A DNA stretch of 64,000 nucleotides from Thermoproteota archaeon (GTDB lineage: Archaea; Korarchaeota; Korarchaeia; Korarchaeales; Korarchaeaceae), in assembly GCA_026986575.1 (NCBI GenBank), contig JALSOH010000004.1, positions 672,001-736,000 of the forward strand, in the 5' to 3' direction. Positions 45,511 to 54,363 of the stretch are shown here, one piece after another. The position numbers and the translations under genes are program-made. The notes beneath the pieces were generated by a model. That model did no database searches, was not told the DNA's origin, and saw nothing but the letters and a program-made list of their open reading frames with translations. The stretch's first letter is position 1; each line of letters begins with the position of its first letter.

Positions 45511-46619
45511 ACCTTACCTCCCTCCTCGAAGACTGCCTTCAGCTTGAGCTTCTCCTCCCTCACCTTGAGATTACCCAGCCCGGGTCCATCGGGCACTATC
45601 CTGTATCCGTTCTCGTAACCGGCTCCGCCCTCAACGAAGTCCTCCCTGAGCGATATGTCTGAGTCCAGATCCGTTGTTACCAAGTTCCTCGTAGCCGCAG
45701 CGAAGTGAACTCCTGCGGTTATACTGACCCCTCCCTCCATCATGCACCCTATCATGTTGGGTATGCCTGCCGCCTCGCTTATCGCAGCTATCCTCTTGGC
45801 CTTGAGAAGGCCTCCCGCCTTTGTCAGCTTTATGTTGATATAGTCGGCGGCTCCCATCTCCACGACTCTGAGCGCGTCCTCAGGGGTGTGCACGGACTCG
45901 TCAGCCATTATTGGAATGGGGCTCATACTTGTGAGCACGGCCATGCCCTCCAAGTCATCCCACCTCACGGGCTGCTCCGCTAGCTCCAAGTCGTACCTGT
46001 CCATCTCGGTGAGGGCCCTCATGGCCTCCTTGACGGTCCATCCCTGATTAGCATCTATCCTCAGCCTTATATCCTTCCCCACGGCATCCCTCACCGCCCT
46101 CACCCTGGCCACATCCTCCTCCACTCCGGTTCCCACCTTGAGCTTGATGATCCTGAACCCCCTCTCGATAATCCTCAGGGCCTCCTTGGCCATCTCCTCT
46201 GGGCTCTTTATCCCTATGGTGAAGTCCGTCTCGACCCTGTCCCTGTACCCGCCCAGCAGGTCCCTCACCTTAACTCCTAGGATCTTCCCCTTGAGGTCGA
46301 AGACTGCCGTCTCTAGGGCAAACTTCGCTGAGTTGTTGCCCAAGATTGCCTTGTCCATCTTCTCCTCTATCCTCTCGACGTCCATTGGATCCTCTCCTAT
46401 CACCGCTGGGGCCAAGGTGTACATGGCAGCCACTATAGTGTGCTCGCTCTCCCCGATTATCCTCCTCGCTGGTGAGGCCTCGCCCCACCCCACTCTGCCT
46501 TCATCATCGAACACCTTCACAACTACGTCCGTGCTGCTCGTGGAGGTGCCTAGCGAGATGGTGAACGGCTGTAAATAGGGAAGGTCGACGGTATAGACCT
46601 CTATCCTCTTGATGGACAT
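45498..46619 (-). CDS. Dipeptide epimerase (enolase superfamily, MLE subgroup)
   Basis: KLKVG, DANQGW, EQP, DES, NIKLTKAGG, GCMME, DLD. Confidence 0.88.
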   Translation of the reverse strand: MSIKRIEVYTVDLPYLQPFTISLGTSTSSTDVVVKVFDDEGRVGWGEASPARRIIGESEHTIVAAMYTLAPAVIGEDPMDVERIEEKMDKAILGNNSAKFALETAVFDLKGKILGVKVRDLLGGYRDRVETDFTIGIKSPEEMAKEALRIIERGFRIIKLKVGTGVEEDVARVRAVRDAVGKDIRLRIDANQGWTVKEAMRALTEMDRYDLELAEQPVRWDDLEGMAVLTSMSPIPIMADESVHTPEDALRVVEMGAADYINIKLTKAGGLLKAKRIAAISEAAGIPNMIGCMMEGGVSITAGVHFAAATRNLVTTDLDSDISLREDFVEGGAGYENGYRIVPDGPGLGNLKVREEKLKLKAVFEEGGKVQAL

Positions 46620-46717
46620 GAAACCCCCTGAGGAATCCCGCTCGATAGGGATAAAGTTACCCCACTACGTCAACTTTCCCATCGGAGAACCTTTAATCCT
46701 GCGAACTTCCCGATTCA

Positions 46718-47806
46718 TTGATGGCCAAGAAGTGTCCTGATGACAATCCGTATCACGTGGTGGCCGAGCTTCAAGAGCCTTTAGGAGATGGAAGGGTTAG
46801 GTGTCTAGCCTGTCCCAGGAAGTGCGTAATCCCTCCCGGAATGTACGGCCTGTGCAAGACTAAGCTCAATGTGGACGGTACGCTCTGCGAGGTGAACTAC
46901 TCGAAGGTCAGCAGCGTGGCCATGGATCCCATAGAGAAGAAGCCCTTCTTCCACTTCATGCCGGGCAGCTATGCCTACAGCATAGGCACCGTGGGATGCA
47001 ATCTCTTCTGCGAACACTGTCAGAACTGGGTGATAAGCCAGTCGGATCCCGAGAGCTTCCGCTATCTCAGAGATCTGCCCCCAGAGGAGGCTGTCAGGGA
47101 AGCGGTAGAGCTGGGGGCCTCGAGCATAGCCTTCACCTACAATGAGCCCACTATAGTGAGCATGGAGTGGGTTGTCGACGCGGCTAGGCTGGCTAAGGAC
47201 TTTGGCCTCTCAACTCTCAGCGTGACAAACGGCTACTGGAGTGAGGAGGCTAGGGAGAGGCTTATTCCCCTGATAGACGCTGCCAATGTGGATGTCAAGG
47301 CATTCACCGACGACTTCTACAGGAAGGTGACCAAGGCCCCGTTCCTGAAACCTGTCTTGGACACGGTACTCGCACTTAAGAGGGCTGGAAAGCACGTTGA
47401 GGTGACTTACCTCATAATACCCACCCTGAATGACGGGGAGGAGGAGATCAGGGCCTTCGCGAGGTGGATTGTTCAGGAGGTCGGAGACGACACTCCCGTT
47501 CATTTCTCACGTTTCTACCCGCATTTCAGGATGAAGAACCTTCCCCCGACCCCGATCGAGACCATAAAAAGGGCAATCAGGATAGCTAGGGAAGAGGGTG
47601 TTAAATTCGTTTACTCAGGGAATGTCCCAGGCGATCCTGACGAGAACACCTATTGTCCAAGGTGCGGCACTCTATTGATAAGAAGATACGGATTTACCAT
47701 AGAAAAGTGCAATCTTTCTGAGGACTCAAAGTGCCCTGAATGCGGCGAATCCATACCCATAGTGGGTCCTTGTACTGAATCCGGGGGCTGGCTGGGTTAC
47801 TTATGA
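46718..47806 (+). CDS. amrS: AmmeMemoRadiSam system radical SAM enzyme
   Basis: CLACPRKC, DPIEKKP, GCNLFCEHCQNW.ISQ, TYNEP, HFSRFYP, ENTYCPRCG. Confidence 0.88.
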   Translation: MMAKKCPDDNPYHVVAELQEPLGDGRVRCLACPRKCVIPPGMYGLCKTKLNVDGTLCEVNYSKVSSVAMDPIEKKPFFHFMPGSYAYSIGTVGCNLFCEHCQNWVISQSDPESFRYLRDLPPEEAVREAVELGASSIAFTYNEPTIVSMEWVVDAARLAKDFGLSTLSVTNGYWSEEARERLIPLIDAANVDVKAFTDDFYRKVTKAPFLKPVLDTVLALKRAGKHVEVTYLIIPTLNDGEEEIRAFARWIVQEVGDDTPVHFSRFYPHFRMKNLPPTPIETIKRAIRIAREEGVKFVYSGNVPGDPDENTYCPRCGTLLIRRYGFTIEKCNLSEDSKCPECGESIPIVGPCTESGGWLGYL

Positions 47807-47892
47807 TCGGTTGATCATTTTGCCAGTTGACGTGGGTTTCACCGAAAACCTTTTTAAGCAATACCCTTAATGTCCGGCGGCCGGTGAGATCC

Positions 47893-49797
47893 TTGGAGAC
47901 CATCATAGAAGCCGGCGTCGATATATTGGGGAAGATCCCTTGGAAGGACGCGTCTTTTGAGGAGAAGGTACAGGCTTTGAACGAAATGTGGAAGGAAGGA
48001 GAGCAGATTAAAAAGCTTCTAGAGGAGAGCACGGATCTAGAGGAGGCAAGAAAGAAGATCTACGACTACTTGGCATCACTCGAATGGGAACTGAGGGTCG
48101 GCAGGATAAAGCTTCATAGGATCGACTACTGGCTTGCATTGGAGGCCATAAAGAACTTCAGGAACATAATCTCACCGGAGAATGAGAAGATAGCCACCTT
48201 CAGCACCCTCGAGTATTTGTGGCGGCTAGCTAAGGAGGGAGAGAGGCTCCTCAACAAGGTAAGTATGGGCTTCATCCTCGAGTTCAAGTACCTGTTCAAG
48301 GCCATCCACGGGAACTCTAACTACGCCAAGGGATGGATCCACGATCTCTTGGGCGAGGAAAAGGCCAAGATAGTCCACGAGTTCCTGAGGATAGGTGGAA
48401 GGGAGGGCGCCATTCTCAGGTCAGAGTATCTAGATGAAGTGGCCAAGCTGGTGAAGCAGTATTTCGGCAGATACACCTTTGGCCTAGATCCCAAAGTCAT
48501 AGAGAAGAGGGAGCAGAACATCCAGAAAATCCTCGACTACTTCGGAGCCACCAGAGACGACTGGATGGACTACAAGTGGCACTTCAAGCATGTGTTCAAG
48601 AAACTGGAGCATGTGGACATGCTGAAGGAGCTGGTTCCCCTGACAGAGGAGGACGTGGAGAACATAAAGATGGCCATAGAGAACAGGATACCCTTCGGTA
48701 TCACCCCGTATTACTTGCACCTCCTCGACTTCGAGAGGGCCGACAGAAAGTGGGATCCCCAAGTCAGAGCTCAGGTGATACCGCCAAGGTGGTACCTCGA
48801 GGAGATGATCAAGCACAGGCAGGACAGGAACTATGTGTTCGACTTCATGAAGGAGCACGACACCTCTCCACTCGAGCTCGTTACTAGGAGGTACCCGATG
48901 ATAGCGATATTGAAGGTGGCCGACACCTGCCCGCAGATCTGCGTCTACTGCCAGAGGAACTGGGAGATAGAGGAGGCCTTCAGTCCAGTGGGCATACCAC
49001 CGAAGGCCCTAATAGACAAAGCTATAGAGTGGTTCGCCAATCATGAGTCCATGATGGATGTGCTACTCACCGGCGGTGACCCTGCAATCCTCAACGACAA
49101 GTACATGGAGTACATACTCAGCCGCCTCGCCGAGATCGATCACATAAAGAGCATAAGGATAGGGAGCAGGATAGTGGTCACTGTACCGATGAGGATCACC
49201 AAGGAATATGCGGAGATGCTGAGCAGTTTCATCGAACCCAACAAGAGGAACGTGATGTTCGTCACCCATGTAGAGAGCGCAGAGGAGGTCACCCCCTACA
49301 TGGCCAAGGCTGTGAAAACCCTCAGGGATCACGACATCTACGTGTACAACCAGCAAGTTTACCAGTTCGCCACTTCTAGGAGGTTCCAGTACGTCCTCAC
49401 GAGGATAGCCCTCAAGATAATAGGGATAGACCCCTATTACAACTTCTATCCGAAGGGCAAGTTCGAGCAGAGGGACTTCCTCGTCCCCGTCGCAAGACTT
49501 GCCCAAGAGAGGAAGGAGGAGGCTAGGCTCCTGCCCGGTCAGTACAGGACCGACGAGCCGGTGTTTAACGTCCCCGCTCTTGGAAAGAACCACATAAGGG
49601 CTTGGCAGGACCGTGAACTCATAGCTATAATGCCAGAGACCGGAAGCAGGATATACGTGTGGCACCCGTGGGAGAAGGGCGTAGCCCCGGTTGACCCGTG
49701 GCCCTATGTAGATGTCCCCATCTACGACTACCTGATGAGGCTCAAGGAGGTCGGGGAGGACATAAAGGAGTACGAGAGCATCTGGTACTACTACTGA
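47893..49797 (+). CDS. KamA-family (lysine 2,3-aminomutase-like) radical SAM protein, long form (track start 47827)
   Basis: DWMDYKWH, FGITPYY, TRRYP, CPQICVYCQR, LTGGDP, RIGSR, VPALGK; GGTGA site before TTG 47893. Confidence 0.85.
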   Translation: METIIEAGVDILGKIPWKDASFEEKVQALNEMWKEGEQIKKLLEESTDLEEARKKIYDYLASLEWELRVGRIKLHRIDYWLALEAIKNFRNIISPENEKIATFSTLEYLWRLAKEGERLLNKVSMGFILEFKYLFKAIHGNSNYAKGWIHDLLGEEKAKIVHEFLRIGGREGAILRSEYLDEVAKLVKQYFGRYTFGLDPKVIEKREQNIQKILDYFGATRDDWMDYKWHFKHVFKKLEHVDMLKELVPLTEEDVENIKMAIENRIPFGITPYYLHLLDFERADRKWDPQVRAQVIPPRWYLEEMIKHRQDRNYVFDFMKEHDTSPLELVTRRYPMIAILKVADTCPQICVYCQRNWEIEEAFSPVGIPPKALIDKAIEWFANHESMMDVLLTGGDPAILNDKYMEYILSRLAEIDHIKSIRIGSRIVVTVPMRITKEYAEMLSSFIEPNKRNVMFVTHVESAEEVTPYMAKAVKTLRDHDIYVYNQQVYQFATSRRFQYVLTRIALKIIGIDPYYNFYPKGKFEQRDFLVPVARLAQERKEEARLLPGQYRTDEPVFNVPALGKNHIRAWQDRELIAIMPETGSRIYVWHPWEKGVAPVDPWPYVDVPIYDYLMRLKEVGEDIKEYESIWYYY

Positions 49798-49862
49798 TCC
49801 TCCCCCTCCCCCCTTTCTCCTTTTACCAAACGTTTTTGATGGAATCAGTTCAGGCTAGTGAT

Positions 49863-50792
49863 ATGAGGAAAATATCGGCCATAGCCCTCGTCTCATTATT
49901 TCTGATCCCTCTTGCGCATGGTGTGGCACAGCCCATAGCTATAGCTGAGCTACCAGTGGGATCCAAGTTAACCTACAGGTTAGGGGGCGTCTACGTGGGG
50001 AATAAGACCTACGAGGTTGTGGGATGGTCCTCCTCACAGGGTAGGAAATGTAAACTGGTCAGGGTTCACCTCATCGTGAACGCCTCCGAGAGTTTCTTCT
50101 ACAGAGGAATAAACTCAACCTCCGAATTCTGCTACGACGACAAGGGCAGGCCCCTCCAAGAGGTCCTGTATATACCCTCAGAGTTCAACCTATCCTACAA
50201 GAGGGTCGAGATAACCTACTGGTGGGAGGATGACGAAGTTTTCCCCCACAGGTTCCTGATAAAGCTGGTTGGCGAGAGAAATGAGAGCTATGAGGTGTTA
50301 CTCGGTGAAGGGACCGTAATCAAGGAATCTAACGGCAGGACTGAGAGATTCAGGGTGGGCAGGGAGAACCTCTCGAAGGTGCTGCCCTTCGTTCCCGAGA
50401 GGCTCACGGAGCCCTATGTGGATCTGTCATCCATCGAGCTGAAGGGGGGTTACAGAAGGAGGTATGGTGAGCTTGAGGTCAAGGTAGTCTCCTTGGAGAA
50501 TGTCCAAACCCCGGCTGGTCTATTCCCCTGTTACAAAGTGCTCCTCTCCGGACGCACCGAGGATGGCCTCCCGTACAATTCCACCGTCTATGTGACCGTG
50601 AGGGAGCCCAGATTCACCACCTACTACATCACCAACATAATAGGGATAAAGCAGACCGGATACGTTGTCAAGGTCGAGGTTCCTGAGCAGGGGTTCTCCA
50701 TTCCCTATTTGTGGCTTGCCCCTGCCGTCGCGCTGGCTGTGCTACTCATGATCTTCCTCAAAAAGAGAAGGAAAGGAAAAGGAGTAGGGTAG
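49863..50792 (+). CDS. Hypothetical exported protein with C-terminal membrane anchor (track start 49698 overlaps the KamA-like gene)
   Basis: Signal peptide MRKISAIALVSLFL; VQTPAGLFPCYKV beta motif; C-terminal TM followed by KKRRK. Confidence 0.7.
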   Translation: MRKISAIALVSLFLIPLAHGVAQPIAIAELPVGSKLTYRLGGVYVGNKTYEVVGWSSSQGRKCKLVRVHLIVNASESFFYRGINSTSEFCYDDKGRPLQEVLYIPSEFNLSYKRVEITYWWEDDEVFPHRFLIKLVGERNESYEVLLGEGTVIKESNGRTERFRVGRENLSKVLPFVPERLTEPYVDLSSIELKGGYRRRYGELEVKVVSLENVQTPAGLFPCYKVLLSGRTEDGLPYNSTVYVTVREPRFTTYYITNIIGIKQTGYVVKVEVPEQGFSIPYLWLAPAVALAVLLMIFLKKRRKGKGVG

Positions 50793-50815
50793 GACAGGTA
50801 GGTCCAATATTCGGA

Positions 50816-51925
50816 TTAGCCTGAAGGGGATCTCTCCTCCTCACCGCCTATTTCCAACTTCTCCTCTACGTCCCACTCACTCGACTTAGACAGTTCCAGC
50901 GCTGGTGTCTCCACCGGACCCTCTGGGATTGCTCCCTGCGGTCTGAACATGAGGACGAGGATTATTATCAACCCTATTATGATGTACTTCATATACGTCA
51001 CGTCGAACTCAACGCTGATCCCCAGCAGGCTGAGGAAGGACGGGGAGATGAACTGATCCAGAGCAGTCATGATCAAGGTCCCCAGAATGACCCCCTTGTT
51101 GTTGGCCATTCCTCCCAATATTACCATGGTCAGCACTAGGAACGTTATAAGGGGCTGGAAGTCGTCCGCCACCACTCCCTGTATGTAAAAGGTCCTGAGT
51201 ACACCGGCCACTGCCGCTAGGGCGCTCCCTATTACCATGACTTCACCCCTCACCCTAGGTACCACTTTACCTAGGGCCATGGCGGCGAGGTCGTCATCCC
51301 TGACCGCCTTCAGAAGCCTGCCAAAGGGAGACTTGGCCAATCTCTGGACGTATATGTATGTTAAGACGGCAAATGCCACCACTATTAGGGCGTACGCGAT
51401 GCTCCTTGTTCCCACATCCTTAACGAACGACAGGGGATTGGCTATCCCAGTTAGGCCAGTCAGCGCGCAGACGATCCCCTCCTCGTTCCTAGCGATTATC
51501 CTGCCCATGTCGCCTATGAAGATGAGAGTTATGGCTAGGAAGTCCTCCTTCAATCTTAGGGCGGGATATGAGGCTGCATAGCCGAACAACCCGCCTATTA
51601 TGGCTCCCAGCACTAGAGAAGCGACGAAAATGCCGACTGCCTCCATAGGATGGGAGCTGAGATATTCCGTCCTGAGCACGGACGCTTGTCCCGAGCAGTA
51701 ACCTGCCTTAATCCCAGCGATGTAGTCGACCGTTCTAGCGGTCAGCACTCCAGCCATGTAGGCCCCCACTGATATGAAGAACACGTGTCCGAAGTTGGGT
51801 ATACCTCCGTACCCGTACTCCATGTTCAGGCTGAGGGCGGCGATCAAGTATATGGCGAAGAGCACAATGAACGACGTGAATATTGGCATGTATGAGGCCA
51901 GAAACTCTATCTGCAACTCACTCAC
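50816..51925 (-). CDS. livM: Branched-chain amino acid ABC permease
   Basis: SLNMEYGYGGIPNFGH, SPFGRLLKAVRDD, VILGG. Confidence 0.9.
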   Translation of the reverse strand: MSELQIEFLASYMPIFTSFIVLFAIYLIAALSLNMEYGYGGIPNFGHVFFISVGAYMAGVLTARTVDYIAGIKAGYCSGQASVLRTEYLSSHPMEAVGIFVASLVLGAIIGGLFGYAASYPALRLKEDFLAITLIFIGDMGRIIARNEEGIVCALTGLTGIANPLSFVKDVGTRSIAYALIVVAFAVLTYIYVQRLAKSPFGRLLKAVRDDDLAAMALGKVVPRVRGEVMVIGSALAAVAGVLRTFYIQGVVADDFQPLITFLVLTMVILGGMANNKGVILGTLIMTALDQFISPSFLSLLGISVEFDVTYMKYIIIGLIIILVLMFRPQGAIPEGPVETPALELSKSSEWDVEEKLEIGGEEERSPSG

Positions 51926-52853
51926 CTCCTCCCTTCACCTTCTCCTTCAGCCAGCCGACAATGTCGAAGCCAGCGAATCCCGTGGGCTTCAGCAGGAGCA
52001 CTATCACTATGATGACGAACGAGATCAGCGGCCTGTAGGCGGTGCTCACATTGAAATACGTGTTCATGAAGGTGATCCCGAAGTTCTCGGCGAAACCTAC
52101 TATTAGACCACCGGCTATGGTACCCCAAAAGCTCACGAGGCCTCCTAGGATCGAGGCAGCGAAGATCCTCAGCAGTGCGTACCATCCTATCTCAGGAGTG
52201 ATGACTGAGTAGGCCGACCAGAGGCCGCCAGCGACACCGGTTATGCCACCGGCTATGAACCACATGAGCCTCCTCAGGGTGTATATCTTCACACCAGACA
52301 CCCTGGCAAGGTCCTCGTTATCGGCCATAGCCCTGAGGGCCTTCCCTGGCTTGGTGTAATGGAACATGAGGTGTAGAAGCACGACGCTGACTATGGTTAT
52401 CGGGAACACCCAGAGATGTATGGTAGTGATTCCAGCCCTGCCGAATCTTCCGATGAGCTGGACATTTGTCTTGGCTTGTACGGTTATGACAGCATTCAGG
52501 TCGGCGTATATAAACAGCAGGTAGCGGACCACGAGCCCTATGCCTATGCTCGCCACCAGCAGGAAGAGAGGCTTCGAACCCCTCTTTATCATGGGCTTGA
52601 AGACTCCCTCGTCCATCGCTACCGCTAAAAGGGCTGACGCGAAGAAGGCGGCGATCAGCGATTCACCTAAACCGTAGCCCATCCAGTTCACCAGTAGTGC
52701 CGTTACGTAGCCGCCGATGGTTACAAGCTCAGCATGGGCGAAGTTCGCTATCTTCGTCACGGAGAAGGACATGGTAAGACCAAGAGCCATCAGGGTGTAC
52801 AAGCTACCCAGCGTCAGGGAATTTATCAGGGGAATCGAGAGATCCATAAGCAT
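51918..52853 (-). CDS. livH: Branched-chain amino acid ABC permease
   Basis: ALGLT....IANFAHAE, GKALRA.ADN..LA..SG, ILGG. Confidence 0.9.
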   Translation of the reverse strand: MLMDLSIPLINSLTLGSLYTLMALGLTMSFSVTKIANFAHAELVTIGGYVTALLVNWMGYGLGESLIAAFFASALLAVAMDEGVFKPMIKRGSKPLFLLVASIGIGLVVRYLLFIYADLNAVITVQAKTNVQLIGRFGRAGITTIHLWVFPITIVSVVLLHLMFHYTKPGKALRAMADNEDLARVSGVKIYTLRRLMWFIAGGITGVAGGLWSAYSVITPEIGWYALLRIFAASILGGLVSFWGTIAGGLIVGFAENFGITFMNTYFNVSTAYRPLISFVIIVIVLLLKPTGFAGFDIVGWLKEKVKGGGE

Positions 52854-53582
52854 TCACCTCTTACCTAGGAAGGCCTCGACGAACTTCTCATCGGCGAGCA
52901 GATCCTTCCCGGGTCCCTTCATCACTATCCTTCCACTGGAGAACACGTAACCCATATCGCAGAAACTTAGGGCCCTCTTGGCGTGCTGCTCAACGAGGAT
53001 GACCGTCACACCGGAGTTAACGATGTCCCTGATCTTCATGAATATCTGCGTGACCACCTTGGGGGCCAGAGCGGCTGCTGGCTCATCCAGCAACAGGAGC
53101 TTAGGCCTCCCCATGAGGGCCATGGCCATTGCCAGCATCTGCCTCTCACCACCACTGAGCGATCCGGCCTTCTGTTTCTGCCTCTCCCTCAGAATCGGGA
53201 AGATATCGAGGATCTCACCCATGTCCTTCCTTATCTGCTCCTTGTCCGTCCTGGCGTACGCGCCCATCTCTAAGTTCTCCCTGACGGTGAGGTTCGGGAA
53301 GACGTTGTTCACCTGGAACACGAACCCAAGCCCCTTCCTCGCCCTGACCTCTGGCGGTAGTTTCGTTATATCCTCCCCGTCGAAGACAACGCTTCCGTTG
53401 AAGACCCTAGTGAGGCCGAAGAGAGTCTTCAGAAAGGTGGACTTACCGGAACCGTTGGGTCCGACGATAGCGGTCACTTTCCCCCTCTCTGCCTGAAAGT
53501 TAACATCCTGTATTATCACGGCCTTTCCGTATCCGGCCGTAAGTTCTTTAGACTCTATTATGTAGTCCGCCATTTCACTCAC
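52854..53582 (-). CDS. livF: Branched-chain amino acid ABC ATPase
   Basis: GPNGSGKST, LSGGERQMLAM, LDEP, VEQH. Confidence 0.92.
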   Translation of the reverse strand: MSEMADYIIESKELTAGYGKAVIIQDVNFQAERGKVTAIVGPNGSGKSTFLKTLFGLTRVFNGSVVFDGEDITKLPPEVRARKGLGFVFQVNNVFPNLTVRENLEMGAYARTDKEQIRKDMGEILDIFPILRERQKQKAGSLSGGERQMLAMAMALMGRPKLLLLDEPAAALAPKVVTQIFMKIRDIVNSGVTVILVEQHAKRALSFCDMGYVFSSGRIVMKGPGKDLLADEKFVEAFLGKR

Positions 53583-54333
53583 CCAAATAAGCGTCTATAA
53601 CCCTCGGGTCCTTATACACACCTTCAGGATCCCCATCATAGATGAGCTCACCGTAATTCATCACAAGGACCCTCTCAACATAATCGAACAGGATGTCCAG
53701 CCTGTGCTCTATTATGAGGAAGGTAAGGCCGTACTCATCTCTTATCCTAACGATGTGGCTGAATATCTCCCTAGCAAGCTTGGGAGCAACGCCTGCTGCT
53801 GGCTCGTCCAGCAACAGAACCCTCGGCTCGGACATCATCGATCTGGTGATCTCAACAAGCTTCATCTGACCGCCGCTCAGTTCCGTGGCCCAGTTGTTCC
53901 TCACCCTAGAGAGACCGAATTCCCTTATGGTATGAAGGGAGGTCTTGGCGTACTCCACCTCCTGATCCTTCCACTTGCTGTGGAATGGCGCGATCACTGG
54001 ATTCTCGCCCTTCTGGTTCCTGTGGGCCACCATAACGTTCTCGACTACCAACATCTTCTCGAAGAGCCTCGGAACTTGGAAGCTCCTCACTATCCCTTTG
54101 TGATAGATATCCCATGGATCTAAGCCCGTAATGTCCTCCCCCTTGAAAAATATCTTCCCCCTATTCGGCTTGTACACTCCCGAAATCACGTTGATGAGTG
54201 TGGTCTTTCCTGAGCCATTGGGTCCTATGAGCCCCACTATCTGTCCTTCCTCCAGATCAAAAGAGACTCCATCTACCGCCCTGATGCCACCAAAATACTT
54301 AGCAACATCTCTAACTTGAAGGATAGCAGTCAT
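53575..54333 (-). CDS. livG: Branched-chain amino acid ABC ATPase
   Basis: FGGIRAV, GPNGSGKTT, LSGGQMKL, LDEPAAG, IEH, DAYLG. Confidence 0.92.
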   Translation of the reverse strand: MTAILQVRDVAKYFGGIRAVDGVSFDLEEGQIVGLIGPNGSGKTTLINVISGVYKPNRGKIFFKGEDITGLDPWDIYHKGIVRSFQVPRLFEKMLVVENVMVAHRNQKGENPVIAPFHSKWKDQEVEYAKTSLHTIREFGLSRVRNNWATELSGGQMKLVEITRSMMSEPRVLLLDEPAAGVAPKLAREIFSHIVRIRDEYGLTFLIIEHRLDILFDYVERVLVMNYGELIYDGDPEGVYKDPRVIDAYLGE

Positions 54334-54363
54334 ATTATCACCAAAAATTGAGAGGGGGGAAGT

